DNA from: Lama glama | Taxonomy: Eukaryota | Direction of reading: 5' to 3' | NCBI GenBank assembly: GCA_028534125.1 | Contig: CM052816.1 | Location: forward strand, 8,620,001 to 8,684,000 | DNA: 64,000 bases | In this document: one piece after another, positions 1 to 12,310 of the stretch | Layout: every line of letters starts with the position of its first letter | Position numbering within the stretch: the stretch's first letter is position 1 | Position numbers and translations under genes: made by a program | Notes under the pieces: generated by a model | Told to the model about the DNA's origin: nothing | The model's database searches: none | The model's input: only the letters and a program-made list of their open reading frames with translations

Positions 1-351
1 TACCTGATTACCCAATTTTCTAGTTTCCTTGGGTAAAATACCCCTGCAGGGTAGGCCCGCTGGGCGGCTAAAGGGCAAAAAATTAATTATCGGTGAGCCA
101 AAGAACACAGAAGATGGAGTTAAAATCTGGCGTAGGGTCCAAAACGGACAAGTTCTTGCTATGGGTCTCTGAACGAGTCTTTGGCTATTTCAGACCTCCT
201 TCAGCAGCGTCTTAGTCGAGAGATTTGGAGATAACCGCAGACAAGTGCGAGTGCCGAGGGACAGAACTTTCCCAGGGGCAACTCTGCCCGTCCGCACCCA
301 GTTCTCTAGTCCCTGGCTGTCGGCTGGGGGGCACTGGTGGGGCCGAGGCTG

Positions 352-405
352 GGATCGGAGCAGACAAGGGCGCGGGGCGGATCGGAGCAGACATGGGCGC
401 GGGGC
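352..405. repeat. 27-bp tandem duplication in PPARGC1B intron 1
   Basis: ggatcggagcagacaagggcgcggggc (352-378) followed by ggatcggagcagacatgggcgcggggc (379-405); one mismatch. Confidence 0.9.
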
Positions 406-1559
406 GAGTGACGGCGCCCGGTGACCGCCGCGGGAGCTTCACTGCAGTTTCGTCAGAGGTAAAGGTACGCGCCCGGCGCGCGCGGCGTGTGCACACAAAC
501 ACACATACCCGCGCGCGCAGACCGCTCATCACACACTCCCCGCGGCCTGGAGAAGCGTGATTACACGCCACCAGGCCATTCGGCCCCTGCCCGGAACCCA
601 CTCGAGAGCTCCCACCACCGACCACGAGGCCCCGCGGCTCCCTGACGCATGGACGTCTGCAGCGGGCGAGGGATGGCCTCCCGCGCGTGGCGGGCTTCCT
701 CTCCGCGACACCCAGCCACGCCATGCCGTCCCAGCCGCCAGCCCGGACTCGCCACCCGGAGTCAGCCTGGTGCTGAATGTCTCCGCTGCTGCGTCCCCTC
801 CAAGTCGCGTCTCACGGCAAGGAGTCAGCTTGCAAGCCTCTCCCCGCCCACCCGGTCCCATGACAGCTGCTGCCGCCCAAAGACAGGCAGATTATTACAA
901 GAAGCAAAGTTTCCCTCTCTCCCCTCCCACATCCCGCCCCCCCCGGCTTCCCCCTCCCTTCCAGTGTTATGCAAAACAAGCCGGCACCGGCGCTCCGACT
1001 CCAGGTACCAAACCAGCCCCCGCGAGCCGCGCCCGGTTGCGCCCGGCGGCCCCTCTCGGCGCTCAGGCATGCGCCCGCATCCGGGGTCTCATTCTCCGCT
1101 CCGCCGCATCCTCAGCCGCCCGGCTACCCGCAGCGGGGCGCCAGTAGAAAAAGCCCTAACTATGGGGCCAAACTTTATGCTTGCAACAGGCATGGGGTGG
1201 GGAAAACCGGGGAGGAGGTGGGGGTCGCACATGCCTTGTGCAGGCATTTTTCCGTGCTGTTTATCCCAGCAGCACCCCCCATCCCGCCTCCAAGTCACCA
1301 GCTTCCTCGCCCCCACTCCCAGCACACCAGAACACCCTCTCCTGTCACGCGCGTGTCGCCGGTGGGGCTCCCAGACGCAGCCAAATCCCGGGACGCCGCC
1401 TCGCCTTCCCTTCCCCCAGCATAGCGCGCACCAGGGCCGCGCGCCGAAGGGGGACCTAGGCGCCCCCAAACAGTCCTTCCGCCCCCATCCTGCCGTGCTT
1501 TTCCCCCGGTGCTACGCCGGGTAGCGAAACCAGGAAGATTCTATCCCCGCCCGCCTGTC

Positions 1560-1736
1560 CACGTGCCCCGAAGACCCCTATACTCTCAGCGGGCAACTGG
1601 CAGGAAACTCCGCGCTGCGGGAGCCCTTCGGGAGCCTCGGGGGGCCAACAGCAGCGCGCGGGGGACCCGAGACTGGAGGACCAGGGGATTCCGCGGACGG
1701 GCGCAGGCGCCTGTGCCCGGGCCACAAGTCCACGTG
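1560..1736. promoter_or_regulatory. Two canonical E-boxes (CACGTG) in PPARGC1B intron 1
   Basis: CACGTG at 1560-1565 and 1731-1736 within the CpG island. Confidence 0.55.
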
Positions 1737-2132
1737 AAAGTACGGCAGCAAGTGCCGGGAGCCTGAGGGCGCGCCTCCCGAACCCAGAACCAGCCTGAGG
1801 TTCCCTCACACCTTGGCGCGACTCCACCTACCCGACAAGCGCGGAACCCCTCAGCTCTGCCGGCGGGGGGGGGGGGCGGACTTTAAGCAACCATGGCTAG
1901 ACCCTCCCCAGCGGCCGTAGCTCTCCCAATGCTCCGGCTTGCGCGGGGGGACCTCCAGCTCCCTGTCGCCGTAACGACGAACATCGCAGGGTGCATGGAA
2001 GAGGGGCTCCGCAACCTGGAACCCCCGGTCCCCTCAATGCTCCTACCTCTGAATCCCGGCCTCCGCGACTGCGGCGGCAGCCCCCACAGCTCAGCACCCA
2101 TGGCCCAGGCCCGCGGCCCCTGCTGGCCGTAC

Positions 2133-2210
2133 CTGCGTGTCGGCGAGATAGTTGAGGAAGAAGGAGGAGAGCTCTTCGTCCAGCAGCGCGCCGCAGTCGT
2201 TCCCCGCCAT
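2133..2210 (-). CDS. PPARGC1B: PPARGC1B (PGC-1beta) first coding exon, 26 codons
   Basis: Translates to [26 protein letters not shown], the recognisable PGC-1beta N-terminus. Strong Kozak context (ggaagATGG) and a CAG|GTACGG donor at 2132 in phase 0. The rest of the gene lies beyond the left edge. Confidence 0.97.
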
Positions 2211-3244
2211 CTTCCAGCCGCGGCTGCAGCGTGCGGCGGAGTCAGCGCCGAGCCCGCCGCGGGGGGGAGAGAGAGAGCGAGCGAGGGAGGCGGGAGGAGG
2301 GAGAGAGGCCGGCGGGAGGAGGGCGGAGCTCAGGCCCCGGCTGCCGCAGGGCCGCTGGCTGCGGGGGCGGGGCCGCGCAGCGGCCGCGCGAGCCGGGGGT
2401 CGCGCGCCCCCTTCCCTGCGCAACCTCTGGCGCCGCGGTTTTCGCTCGCGGCCCCCAGCTCGGGAGGAAAGCGCCCGCAGCCAGGTGATGGTGCCCCAGC
2501 CAGCAGCCCGTTGCCTACGCAGCAATGCGGGCAGCCCCCCGCTCCTGCCAGAGCGAATCACGTTGTGTTAGCTCTGGGCGGGTCCTTAGAGACAACCTGC
2601 TTCTGCACAGCTGGGGAAACTGAGGCCCGAGAAGGCGGAGGCCCTCATTTGAAGCCACAGTGCAATTCAATACAGGACGACAAAGCCCAGATCTGATTGT
2701 GCTGGAGGCTTGAGTTTGTCTAGCCAGGCTGCAGGCCAGAGAGGGAGGGATACCACAGGTCAAAGCTGGAGAAATCAGGGAAGGCTCCTAGGAGGAGGTG
2801 GCATTTTAAAAAATCTTTTCCTTGTTAGGTGCATTGACTCATTCTAAGTTTATTCTCTCTCTCAAGTCTCCCCCTCACTCCCTAACCCCCCCCCAAAAAA
2901 ACCCTAAACTTAAATGATTTCTTTTACCATGGCCCACAATGCCTTGAAGTGACCAGCCTCCTGCCTGCTTCCCCAGGCCCACTGGCCTTCTCTCAGTTTT
3001 TTGGATGAACCATCTCACAGCAGGCTCTACACATGGAGTGCTGTCCAAACCAGCGGACATTCACCTAGTAAACCACATCTTCCCGGCATCCTTCCCCATT
3101 GCCCTTCAGATTGTCAACCCATTCCCTCTCCCCCAACTCCCACCATCCTGGACTCCTTTAGCTCTGCAGCCTTTCCTTTAAAACACTGGTAACAGTTGTC
3201 ATTTTACATTAGTTTCAGTGAAGATTTGATCTTCAAGTCTCTTA

Positions 3245-3350
3245 TTACTAGATTCTAAGACCCGTGAATGCAGGGCCTGAATCTGTTTTTGCACATGCTA
3301 TGTCTCCAGTGCCAGGTGTATAGTAGGTGCTTGATAAATGTGTTAACTGA
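3245..3350 (+). mobile_element. L2 LINE 3' end
   Basis: ctagattctaagacc...cagggcctgaatctgtttt...tagtaggtgcttgataaatg resembles the L2 3' terminus. Confidence 0.65.
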
Positions 3351-3919
3351 AAACCCCAGAGGATTTTGATCTCCCGTTGTCACCACCACACATTGTATAG
3401 ATAAGGAAAGTATCCAGAGTCAGGGGTGCACATGGAGTGACTGCCAGAGCCAGAACCAGAACTCAGGCCTCCTGATGCCAATCTTGAACTCTGATCATCA
3501 TGCCCTACTGTTTGCCAAGCAGGAGGTAAGGGCACCACCTGGATAAAGGCGGGAAGGTGGGAAGAATTAGACCTAATTTATTGGATCCTCCTGCCTTCTG
3601 CTCTCCTCCCACCTTGCACTCACAAGGGCTGCTCCACCCTGCTGGCCCTGCCTGGGCTCCCTCCCAGCCAGAGGAGGAAACAGGGAGAGTCCCCAGTACA
3701 CCTGCTCAGACTTGAACACGAGAGCAAGACTTCCCTTCTCCAGCTTGAGGTTCCTCGAACTGCAGGGTGTGATTTCACTCTTTGGGCCTTAGACCAGTGC
3801 AATTTTAAGGAACAATGAATCCCAAGAGAGAGCCTACACGTGGCCTTGGACCATTAGCCTGGGAGTCAGGAGTCCTGGGTTTTGGTCCAGCCTGCCACAT
3901 CTCATTCCCATGTTGGGCA

Positions 3920-4420
3920 ACTCAGGAAGTTAAGAGCATGGGCCCTCTAGTCAGACTGCCTGGTTTTGAATACCTGCAAGTCATTTAGTCTCAGCCCTTG
4001 GTTTCCTCATGTACACAAATGAGGATCTTAGAATTTCTTATTTCACAGGGATGTTTTGATGATTGAGGAGATAATATATGTAAAGGGCTTGGTACAGTAC
4101 CTGCCTTCATGGGGAATATGCTAACCTCTCTGCTTTTCTGTTTCCTCATTTGTAAAAATGGAGATAAAATATATGTCCCTTGAAGGCCCTGAACAATGTT
4201 ACTTTCCTTTCTTCCAGCACTTACAGGCTGCTGGCTACCTTGAAATCCAATTGATCTGGATTGGAATCCTGGTGCTCACTAGCTTTGGGCCTTTGGTTAT
4301 TTACTTAACCTCTCTGAGCTGCAGTTTCCTCCATGTTGGGATCTTGTGAAGACTGAATGAAACTGCATGTAAAGTAAATTGCTTGGCCCAGCACCCGGCA
4401 GAGAGGAAGAGCTTATTCTC
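3920..4420 (+). mobile_element. MIR SINE fragments
   Basis: gttaagagcatgggccctctagtcagac...gtttcctcat..., and ttacttaacctctctgagctgcagtttcctc (MIR core). Confidence 0.7.
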
Positions 4421-4930
4421 ACTCTTTCATTACCATCACCACAATCACCAATGTCATCACCGTTAGCACGGAGGATGTGAGCTCATCTAAGGCCCTGCTT
4501 TTCTGCTCTGCCCACAGACACCAGGGTCAGACCCCCATGGGACTCTGTTTCCAGAAGTGTCCCTACCAGATCCAGCCTGGCTTCTGATTGGTATTGTGCC
4601 CTCTTATAGCCCAGAGGCCATTCTTGGAAGGTCCCCAAGGCCAGCCATCTCCAGCCTTGGCCTGGCAGAGCTGCAGTGCCAGACGGGGCCTCCAGGGAAG
4701 GCCTCAACAGCACTCAGTCAAAGATTTTTGTCTTTAAAACTCTGGTGTTGATAGAAAAGCCACAAATTGTCCAGCTTTAGGGGGGTTCTCACTAATCCCC
4801 ACGTCCTCAGAATGGGCTTCTGGCTAGCAAGAAACTCAAGTGAGAAGGCACCTCACCTGAGATATCTAGCCGCTTTTACAAAAGCACCTTATCCCAGGAA
4901 TTCCTTTATCACAGGCCACCCACAGAGTCA

Positions 4931-5430
4931 NNNNNNNNNNNNNNNNNNNNNNNNNNNNNNNNNNNNNNNNNNNNNNNNNNNNNNNNNNNNNNNNNNNNNN
5001 NNNNNNNNNNNNNNNNNNNNNNNNNNNNNNNNNNNNNNNNNNNNNNNNNNNNNNNNNNNNNNNNNNNNNNNNNNNNNNNNNNNNNNNNNNNNNNNNNNNN
5101 NNNNNNNNNNNNNNNNNNNNNNNNNNNNNNNNNNNNNNNNNNNNNNNNNNNNNNNNNNNNNNNNNNNNNNNNNNNNNNNNNNNNNNNNNNNNNNNNNNNN
5201 NNNNNNNNNNNNNNNNNNNNNNNNNNNNNNNNNNNNNNNNNNNNNNNNNNNNNNNNNNNNNNNNNNNNNNNNNNNNNNNNNNNNNNNNNNNNNNNNNNNN
5301 NNNNNNNNNNNNNNNNNNNNNNNNNNNNNNNNNNNNNNNNNNNNNNNNNNNNNNNNNNNNNNNNNNNNNNNNNNNNNNNNNNNNNNNNNNNNNNNNNNNN
5401 NNNNNNNNNNNNNNNNNNNNNNNNNNNNNN
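4931..5430. other. Assembly gap (500 N)
   Basis: Run of exactly 500 N; its right side abuts L1 sequence. Confidence 1.
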
Positions 5431-6450
5431 TTTTAAGATTGTTTTGGCTATTGTGGTTCCCTGCAATTCCATCTGAAGTTCAGAATCAGCTTTTCCACTT
5501 CTGAAACATGGAATGGAGTGGGATTTGGGGAATTTTTTTTTTTTTTTTTTTTTTTTTTAGGGATTGCATTGAATCTGTAGATTGCTTTGGGCAGTAATGT
5601 CATCTTAACAATACTGTGTCTTCAAGACACAAACACAGATGCCCATTTATTTAAATCTTCTTTAATTTCTTTCAGCAATGTTTTGTAGTTTCTGTATACA
5701 AGTCTTACATCTTCGTTGTTAAACTTATTCCTAAGTATTTTATTCTTTTTTGGTGCTACTGCACATAATTCTTTCCAATTTTTTTATTGTGGCAAAATAC
5801 ACATAACATAAAATTTCTCACCTTGTACATTTTTAAGTGTACAGTTCAGTGGCATGAAATATATTCATGTCATGCTACCATCACCAACACCACCATCCAT
5901 TCTAGACCTTTTTCATCTTATAAAAATGAAACTCTATATCCGTTAAAACAATAACACCTCACTTTCCCCTCCCCTGTAGCCCCTGGCAGTCACCGTTCTG
6001 CTTTCCATCTTTATGGCTTTGACTACTCTAAGTGACCCATATAAATGGAAAAACACAGTATTTCGCAACTGGCTTATGTCATTTAGTATAATGTCAAGGT
6101 TCATCCATGTGTAGCATATGGCAGAATTTTTTTCCTTTTTAAGCCTGTATAATATCTTATTGTGTGCATGTACCACATTTTGCTTATCCATTTATCTGTC
6201 AATGGACATTTGGGTTACTTCCGTGTTTTATCTACTGTGAATAATGCTGCTATGAACCTGGGTGTACACACATCTCTTGGAGACCTTGTTTTTCATTCTT
6301 TTGGGTATATACCCAGAAGTGAGATTGCTGGATCATATGTAGTTTTGTTTTTAATTGTTTAAGGAACTGCCATACTGTTTTCCATAGTGGCTGTTACCAT
6401 TTTACGTTTCCATCAACAGTATACAAATGTTCTAATTACTCTACACACTA
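5431..6450 (-). mobile_element. L1 LINE fragments (ORF2 remnant and L1M-type 3' end)
   Basis: Minus-strand translation ...IAKTILK and MDKQNVV.. resemble L1 ORF2; typical reverse L1 3' text (tatccatttatctgtcaatggacatttgggttacttcc...gattgctggatcatatg). Confidence 0.85.
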
Positions 6451-8637
6451 CTTTTTGAATCAAAAATTTTAACTTAACCTTTGGAACTCTGTGCATGTCA
6501 GTGGTATAGAGGGCTACTTAATCATTTATGGCACTTTATGGATATATAACAATTTGTTTTAATAACCCCTTAATATTGGCCATCTTTTTAAAGCTCTGAT
6601 GAAAGTTGTCAAACTGTCCTCCCAAAATATCAGACCAACACTCACACAGGGTACCAATGACTTTTCCCCAGTGTCACTTCCAGAGGGACAGTATGGGGGC
6701 CTTAACATGCTCCTTCACAAGGCAGAAGTCCTGAACAAGATAGGAACAGTCTCATTCAACAGACAGGTCTTCCTCTTGGACCCTAAGGGGCCCTTAGCAA
6801 ATCTTTATTGGAATCTTTGTTATACAGATAACTTGTCGATTTCTGGTTTTCATCTGTTATTTGTCTTTTTTTCTCTAGTCTGTAAGCCTAGAGGATGTGG
6901 CATGGGACTGTGTCTGGCTTGTTCACTGTGAATGCCAATGTCTTGTAAAGTGCCTGGCACAGGGAAGATACCAGAAAAGGGTAGTTATTATTAGGATGGG
7001 GTACAAGACAGCTTCCACAAGCTGAAATTCCATAAGAACAGCATCCATCACTGCCTTTCATGCCTCCAAGGCGAGCATAGCCTCTGGCACATGGCGGCAG
7101 GTAAGTATTTGCCAAACGAGTAAATGAAAGAGCCGCTCTAGAGTGCTAATGGTGGTAGCAGACCTGAGGGCTCCTGGCCCAGCGCTCTCTCTGCGCCCTG
7201 CCCGCTCTTACTCACTTTTATTTTAATGTTTGCACTGGATTTCTGTCTTTATGGTCCCCTGGTGTCTGTGCTTCAGCAAAACAGCCACATTTCTGCTGCC
7301 AAACAGACAAGAGTGTGCCATCACCTGTCAGCAGTTCTGAAGTCCCATCTCACACTCCCAAAAGATTTTCCAGTAGTGAGGACCAGGGAGGGAATTTCCC
7401 CATGCATGCCGGGCCCTGGCCCATCTGTGCCCCCTTCACTTGGATGCTGTTCTGTGAGCTGGAGTCAGCATGAGAGCTATTTTTGACTAAGTGGCTACCT
7501 AATCTTACATAACCCTCAGTGATTCAGGCCAAGGTCATTCGGCTTAGTGCATGAAAGACACTTCAGAGATAGTGATCCCCCCTCCCCAGAGCCCCTCCAG
7601 AGACTGGGAGCTGGGAGGGCAATGCCAGTGGTTCTGGGTTTTCACTGCAAAGCCCAGCTAGGACCTTCCGAGCATAGATTGACTCTGATCGCAATCCCTG
7701 GGATAGTTCCCCAAACATCTTGTTTCCCAATATCCTTGGCACTTGTGTGGAATTACAAACTCAGGATCCAGGGTGTTGGGACCCTCCTCTACCCCAACAC
7801 ACACCCAGTTCCTCCCCTAATGTGGAGATGCAGGAGCTGAAGATACTTGAAAGGCCCCCTGGGTGGGGAAGATCTTTGTCTCTCCTGGGGGAAAAGTGAT
7901 AAGCCCACATTTTGACCTCAATTTTTTTTATTGGAAAAGAGAGAGAATGATATTCAAGGTTGTCTGGAATCTCATCCCAAATAGCTTTCCTATCTCATCA
8001 GCAAGTCCTTAGCCAAAAACTTGACCTATAATAGATGCTCACTAAACACCTAGTGAATGGAGTTCACTGGCTGCTCCCTGAGACTTCCCGCTGCACCCCC
8101 ACTGCTGGCCGCCTCCAGGTCCTGCAGCTGGACTCTGCACATTTGCAGATGCTGTTTCCTTCACCCCATAAGCCCTTTGCTGTGGGCTCTACCTTCAGGG
8201 CCCAGTTCAAAGTCCAATGCCTCCAGACTACCTTTCAGGAGCCCCCTAAACAGAACAGGTTGTTCTTTGGTCTCTATTTTCCTAGCACACTGCTGACACT
8301 TCTGTTTTGAGCTTCTTATAATATAACTGGCTATGTACTTTGCTGTTTCTTCTGCCAGACTGTGAGCTCCTTGCGGGCAGGGCCTGGCCCTTAGTCATTA
8401 CTACATCTCTAGCACATATTGCTACCTGGCACTTATGGGCCCCTGTAAATATCCATTTGTTGGATGGATGGATAACTAGAGATATGAATGAGGTCTGCAG
8501 CTCACAGAATTTTTTGTGTTTCAAATACACCATGGACTTGCTGAAGGAGAGAGCCATGAGTGATAGTGTCTTGAGTTGAGGTCCTGAATACTCACAGTAT
8601 CAACATAGCTTTTCTCTCTTAAAATTTTTTAATCTCA

Positions 8638-8725
8638 GGGGGAGGGTATAACTCAGTGGTAGAGTGCATGTCTAGCATCCACAAGGTCCTGGATTCAATC
8701 ACCATTACCTCTATTAACAAAAATT
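8638..8725 (+). mobile_element. tRNA-derived camelid SINE (Vic-1-like)
   Basis: ggggagggtataactcagtggtagagtgcatg...ggtcctggattcaatc has Pol III A- and B-box-like motifs and an A-rich tail. Confidence 0.8.
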
Positions 8726-8934
8726 TGTTTTAATCTCACAAGTAATTGGTGTCATTGTAGAAAACACAGCATAACTGCAAGAAAATCACTTTTAACATTT
8801 TAGAATAATTTTTCAGACATTTTTCCCCCATGGCTTCACCCTTACACTGCTATGTTTTTGCAGAAATGGGACCTCACTGTGCTTAATATTTTGTTACCCA
8901 TCTTCCTCATTGATAGGTAGAGGATAATTAAGAT

Positions 8935-9460
8935 TATAGGCCCAGTTCCATTTCCTGGGAAATGATGTTCCTCTCTGTTTAATTCAGGAACATCCATGTG
9001 AAGTCAAAGACACCCCTCCCCAGGTCTTAGGGGATGGGTCCAAAAGCAGGTCTTGACCCAGCAGGGCCAGTCACAGTGCCTGAATGCCCTGCCCACAGCT
9101 GACTGGTTCTGATTTGGGCACTTGACCTAAGGTGGTCAATATATTCCTTGCTTGGGATTTCTGGATTTAAGGCTAGGGGACAGCTTCAGGTAGACTATTT
9201 CCTGTGTTACCTTGTTCCTCACTATCTGGTTTGCAGTGAGAAAGTGAGTCTGGCACACAGGGAGAGGCAAACATGGCAGATGGAGAGGGAGTCCTGGAAC
9301 TGAGTCTGGATTCTGGTTCTTAGGATCTGGCCACACTGCTGCCCTTCCCAAATCTTGAATGTTCAACTCACCTTTGGATTCCATGGGCCAACAAATCCAA
9401 CCTGTACTTCTTCCATTTTGAGATGGATTTCTGTCACTTGTCACTCAACAGGTCCTAACA
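8935..9460. mobile_element. MaLR (MLT1-type) solo LTR
   Basis: MLT1-like motifs: gactggttc..., ctgggatttctggattt, gatggatttctgtcacttgtcactcaaca. Confidence 0.55.
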
Positions 9461-9569
9461 CACACACAATGTGTCATGGATACACTTTCATGTCAGTTTG
9501 CCCAACATCATTTGTTCTTTTTTGCTGCTGTTGTTTTTTAATTTTTAAATTTCTTTCTTTCTTTTAGGA

Positions 9570-9685
9570 GGAGAGGGTAGGTACTTAGGTTTATTTATTT
9601 ATTTGTTTAATGGAGGTACTGGGGATTGAGCCCAGGACCTTGTACATGCTAAGCATGTACTCTACCACTGAGCTACACCCTCCCC
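9570..9685 (-). mobile_element. tRNA-derived camelid SINE (Vic-1-like)
   Basis: tttaatggaggtactggggattgagcccaggacc...tctaccactgagctacaccctcccc is the reverse complement of the same family. Confidence 0.85.
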
Positions 9686-11789
9686 GCCCCAACAGCATTT
9701 GTAATGTGGCAGGGTATTGTCTGAATTTCCACTTTTAACTAGTCTCCTGTTGTTGGATATCTGGATGATTTCCATTTTTTCCACTCTGATGAGCAATGCT
9801 ACAGTAAACAGCCTCATAAATTCCTCTTTGTTTCCATGCATTATTTTATCAAAATGATTTCCTCAAGATGGAATTGCTATAGCAAAAGGTATTCATGACA
9901 GTTTTGGACCCCCTGATGCTTTGTGACTATTGCCTCTTCCACTGTCACTGCCCACACTGTTGTTGGATGCCTTCATGGGATTATATTATTTCGGGCTAAG
10001 TTGGCCCCAATGAGTTGTTTGACCTTCATTGCTCCTTTGGGGTGGGGGTGGGGGGTGCCCAAGTTTTGGCTCTAATCTGCCTATAAACTATGTCCAAGTA
10101 TTCTGTCGAAAAAGTAGGTGTGGGGTCAGTCATAGTCTTGAGCATTTTCAGAGGATTTTATAAAGATAAGTCCCCGAGAGTACAGTGGACACCAAGGGTG
10201 TAAACAAAGGAACGTCCAGCTTTAAGGTCACTGGCTGGGTTCTGAGTGTTTATTCCAGAAAGCAAGGGGAGTACACGGCTGTGAGGACATGTCTGGCACC
10301 CAACACCAGGGAGCAGGCACAGTCCTCAGGCTGGGAGGTCCTGGGAAAAATCAGTCCGCAGTCCCCGTGCTGAGTACTGGGCTCAGAGCTGGATTACAGG
10401 GGACGAGGAGACACAACTCCCACCGCCCTGGAGCTCACAGCCTGGTGGCAAAGACTGAATGGGTCCTACTGGGAAGACTGAGGAGCTCACCGGGCAGTGC
10501 TGGGTGCCTCAGGTGGGCAGGTCAGGGGCTCCTGCTCAGACAAAGTGGAAGCCTTCCTGACAAAAATGAGTTAAGCTGAGACATGAAGGATGTGCAGTGG
10601 TGACCCCAGTGAAGAGCGAGCAAGTATCCCCAGCAGAGGAAGCAGATGGTGAAAAGGCCTGGAGACGGGAAAGCATGTAGAGCAGAGACAGAAGGTCTTG
10701 CGTGGCTGGAACATAGAGGATCTGGCGAAAAGAGTGAAAGATGAGAAACAAAGCCTCTTCGTGGCCAGGCCTAGTGGCCTGTGCTGAGAACTCTTTCCTG
10801 AGGACGTGAGGAGCTTTGCAGGGGACAGCAGGGGAAAGGTGTGCCCCATTTTCCTCTGGGAGAAGCTGGGACAGATTGAGTCAAGTGGTAACAGGATGTG
10901 TTTCTGGCACTTGTGGCCTGTCCCAGGAGCCCAAGGCTGTTGGAAACCTTCTCTGTCCATTACACTTGGCCCTCAGACCTCTGAGCTCAGGCCCCTGCCA
11001 TGAGAGCCGAATCCAGGGCCTCAGCCAGCCTGCTCGGCGTGACTGATGCCCTTGCAGGTCAGTCCAGGCTCCTAGCCCAGGGCCTCCTCTCTTAGTGGAT
11101 AAACGTTGCATGTTCATGGAGCCACATATACATGAATACATCTCTACTTTCTACATAAAGAAGCAATATTCCCCACCCCCACCCCCACCTTGCCTCCCAC
11201 ACAGACAAGATTCTTTGTCATGAAATTAAATGGAATGAGATAATGGAACTGGAAGTGCTTTGTAAAAGGAAAAAGGGCTAGAACGGGAGCTTTCAGGTTT
11301 TTGTTGTTGTTGTGCTTTTTTTTTTCTTAAGAAGCAGAAGTCTTTTTCAAATAAAATCTTACTGTACATCAATATATCCATCTGTTCCCACAATGTGGCC
11401 TTTTGGAAACATCTCAAATTTTACATGTCCAAAACTGAGGCCTTGGATTTTAGCATCCTCTTCAAATCTGCTCCTCCCCCAACTTCTCGTCTTAGTTCTG
11501 ATACCTCCTCCCACCCAAGTGCTCATACTAGAAGCTGGAGAGATGGTCCTGATGCCCTCCCATTCCCCTGCCCACACTCTCAAGCCACCACTGCCTCCAC
11601 CATTACCCTCCCATAGGCTCCTCTCCAATGCGTGTCTCCAACCCATTCTCAGCAATCCATCGCCGCCAACACCCCTCTGGGCCAACCATCACTCACTGGG
11701 ATTCTGTAACAGCCCTACCTCATTTCCCCTTCACTGCACCTGCCTGCTTTCCAGTTCAAAGCTCACATACTGGACAGACTGGAACATTC

Positions 11790-12310
11790 ATACAGAGTCC
11801 TGGACAAATCATAAACTTTAAGCTTGATGAGTTTGCATAAACTGCAGATACTTGTGTAATCAATGCCCAGCTCAAGAAGCAGAACATCACCAGCATCCCA
11901 GAAGTCCCTGTATGCACCCCCTAGTCACTCCCATTACTCCCCAGGATAATCACTATCCTTACTTCTAACAGCATAGATTCATTTTGCCTGTTTTTGAACT
12001 TTATATACATGAATTAATACAATGTGTATTATTTTATATCTGCCTTAATTCATCCATCATCATATTTGAGAGGTCCATCCACATTGTTATATATAGTTGT
12101 TTGTTCATGTTCATTGCTGTATAGTATTCCATTGTCTAACTATATCATTATTTGTTCAGTCAAGCACTGAGAAACATTTGAGAGGTTTTTAGTTTGGGGA
12201 TTTTACAAAGTGCAGTTGTCACTATTTTTGTCTTTGGTGCCCATAAGTATGCATCATATTGGGTATCTACCTAGAAGTAGAATTGCTTCCTCTTAGTGGT
12301 ATGTGTATGT
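11790..12310 (-). mobile_element. Old L1 (L1M-type) 3' fragment interrupting L2 sequence
   Basis: cactatccttacttctaacagcatagattcattttgcctgtttttgaactttatat is typical of reverse L1M 3' UTR; L2-like sequence lies on both sides. Confidence 0.7.

Larger units (their letters stand above)
230..2560. promoter_or_regulatory. PPARGC1B: CpG island covering the PPARGC1B promoter, exon 1 and start of intron 1
   Basis: Very high GC and CpG density compared with the rest of the window; GC boxes (e.g. GGGGCGGGG near 2364-2372) just upstream of the ATG on the minus strand. Confidence 0.9.

Noticed and set aside
1..2132. miR-378 hairpin, known to lie in PPARGC1B intron 1
   Set aside because: I did not find the mature sequence (ACTGGACTTGGAGTCAGAAGG) or its complement in the window; it probably lies just beyond the left edge.
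2211..2561. In-frame upstream extension of the PPARGC1B ORF
   Set aside because: It starts at GTG, probably upstream of the transcription start; the real ATG at 2210 has a strong Kozak context and the known N-terminus.
212..2696. Many long overlapping ORFs (up to 291 aa) in the CpG island
   Set aside because: Stop-codon scarcity in GC-rich DNA; low-complexity Pro/Arg/Gly/Ala products with no recognisable domains.
3858..3880. ctgggagtcaggagtcct resembling a miR-378 arm
   Set aside because: Ordinary MIR-like sequence, upstream of the gene and without a complementary arm.
4767..5504. 245-aa and 187-aa ORFs
   Set aside because: Artefacts of reading through the N gap.
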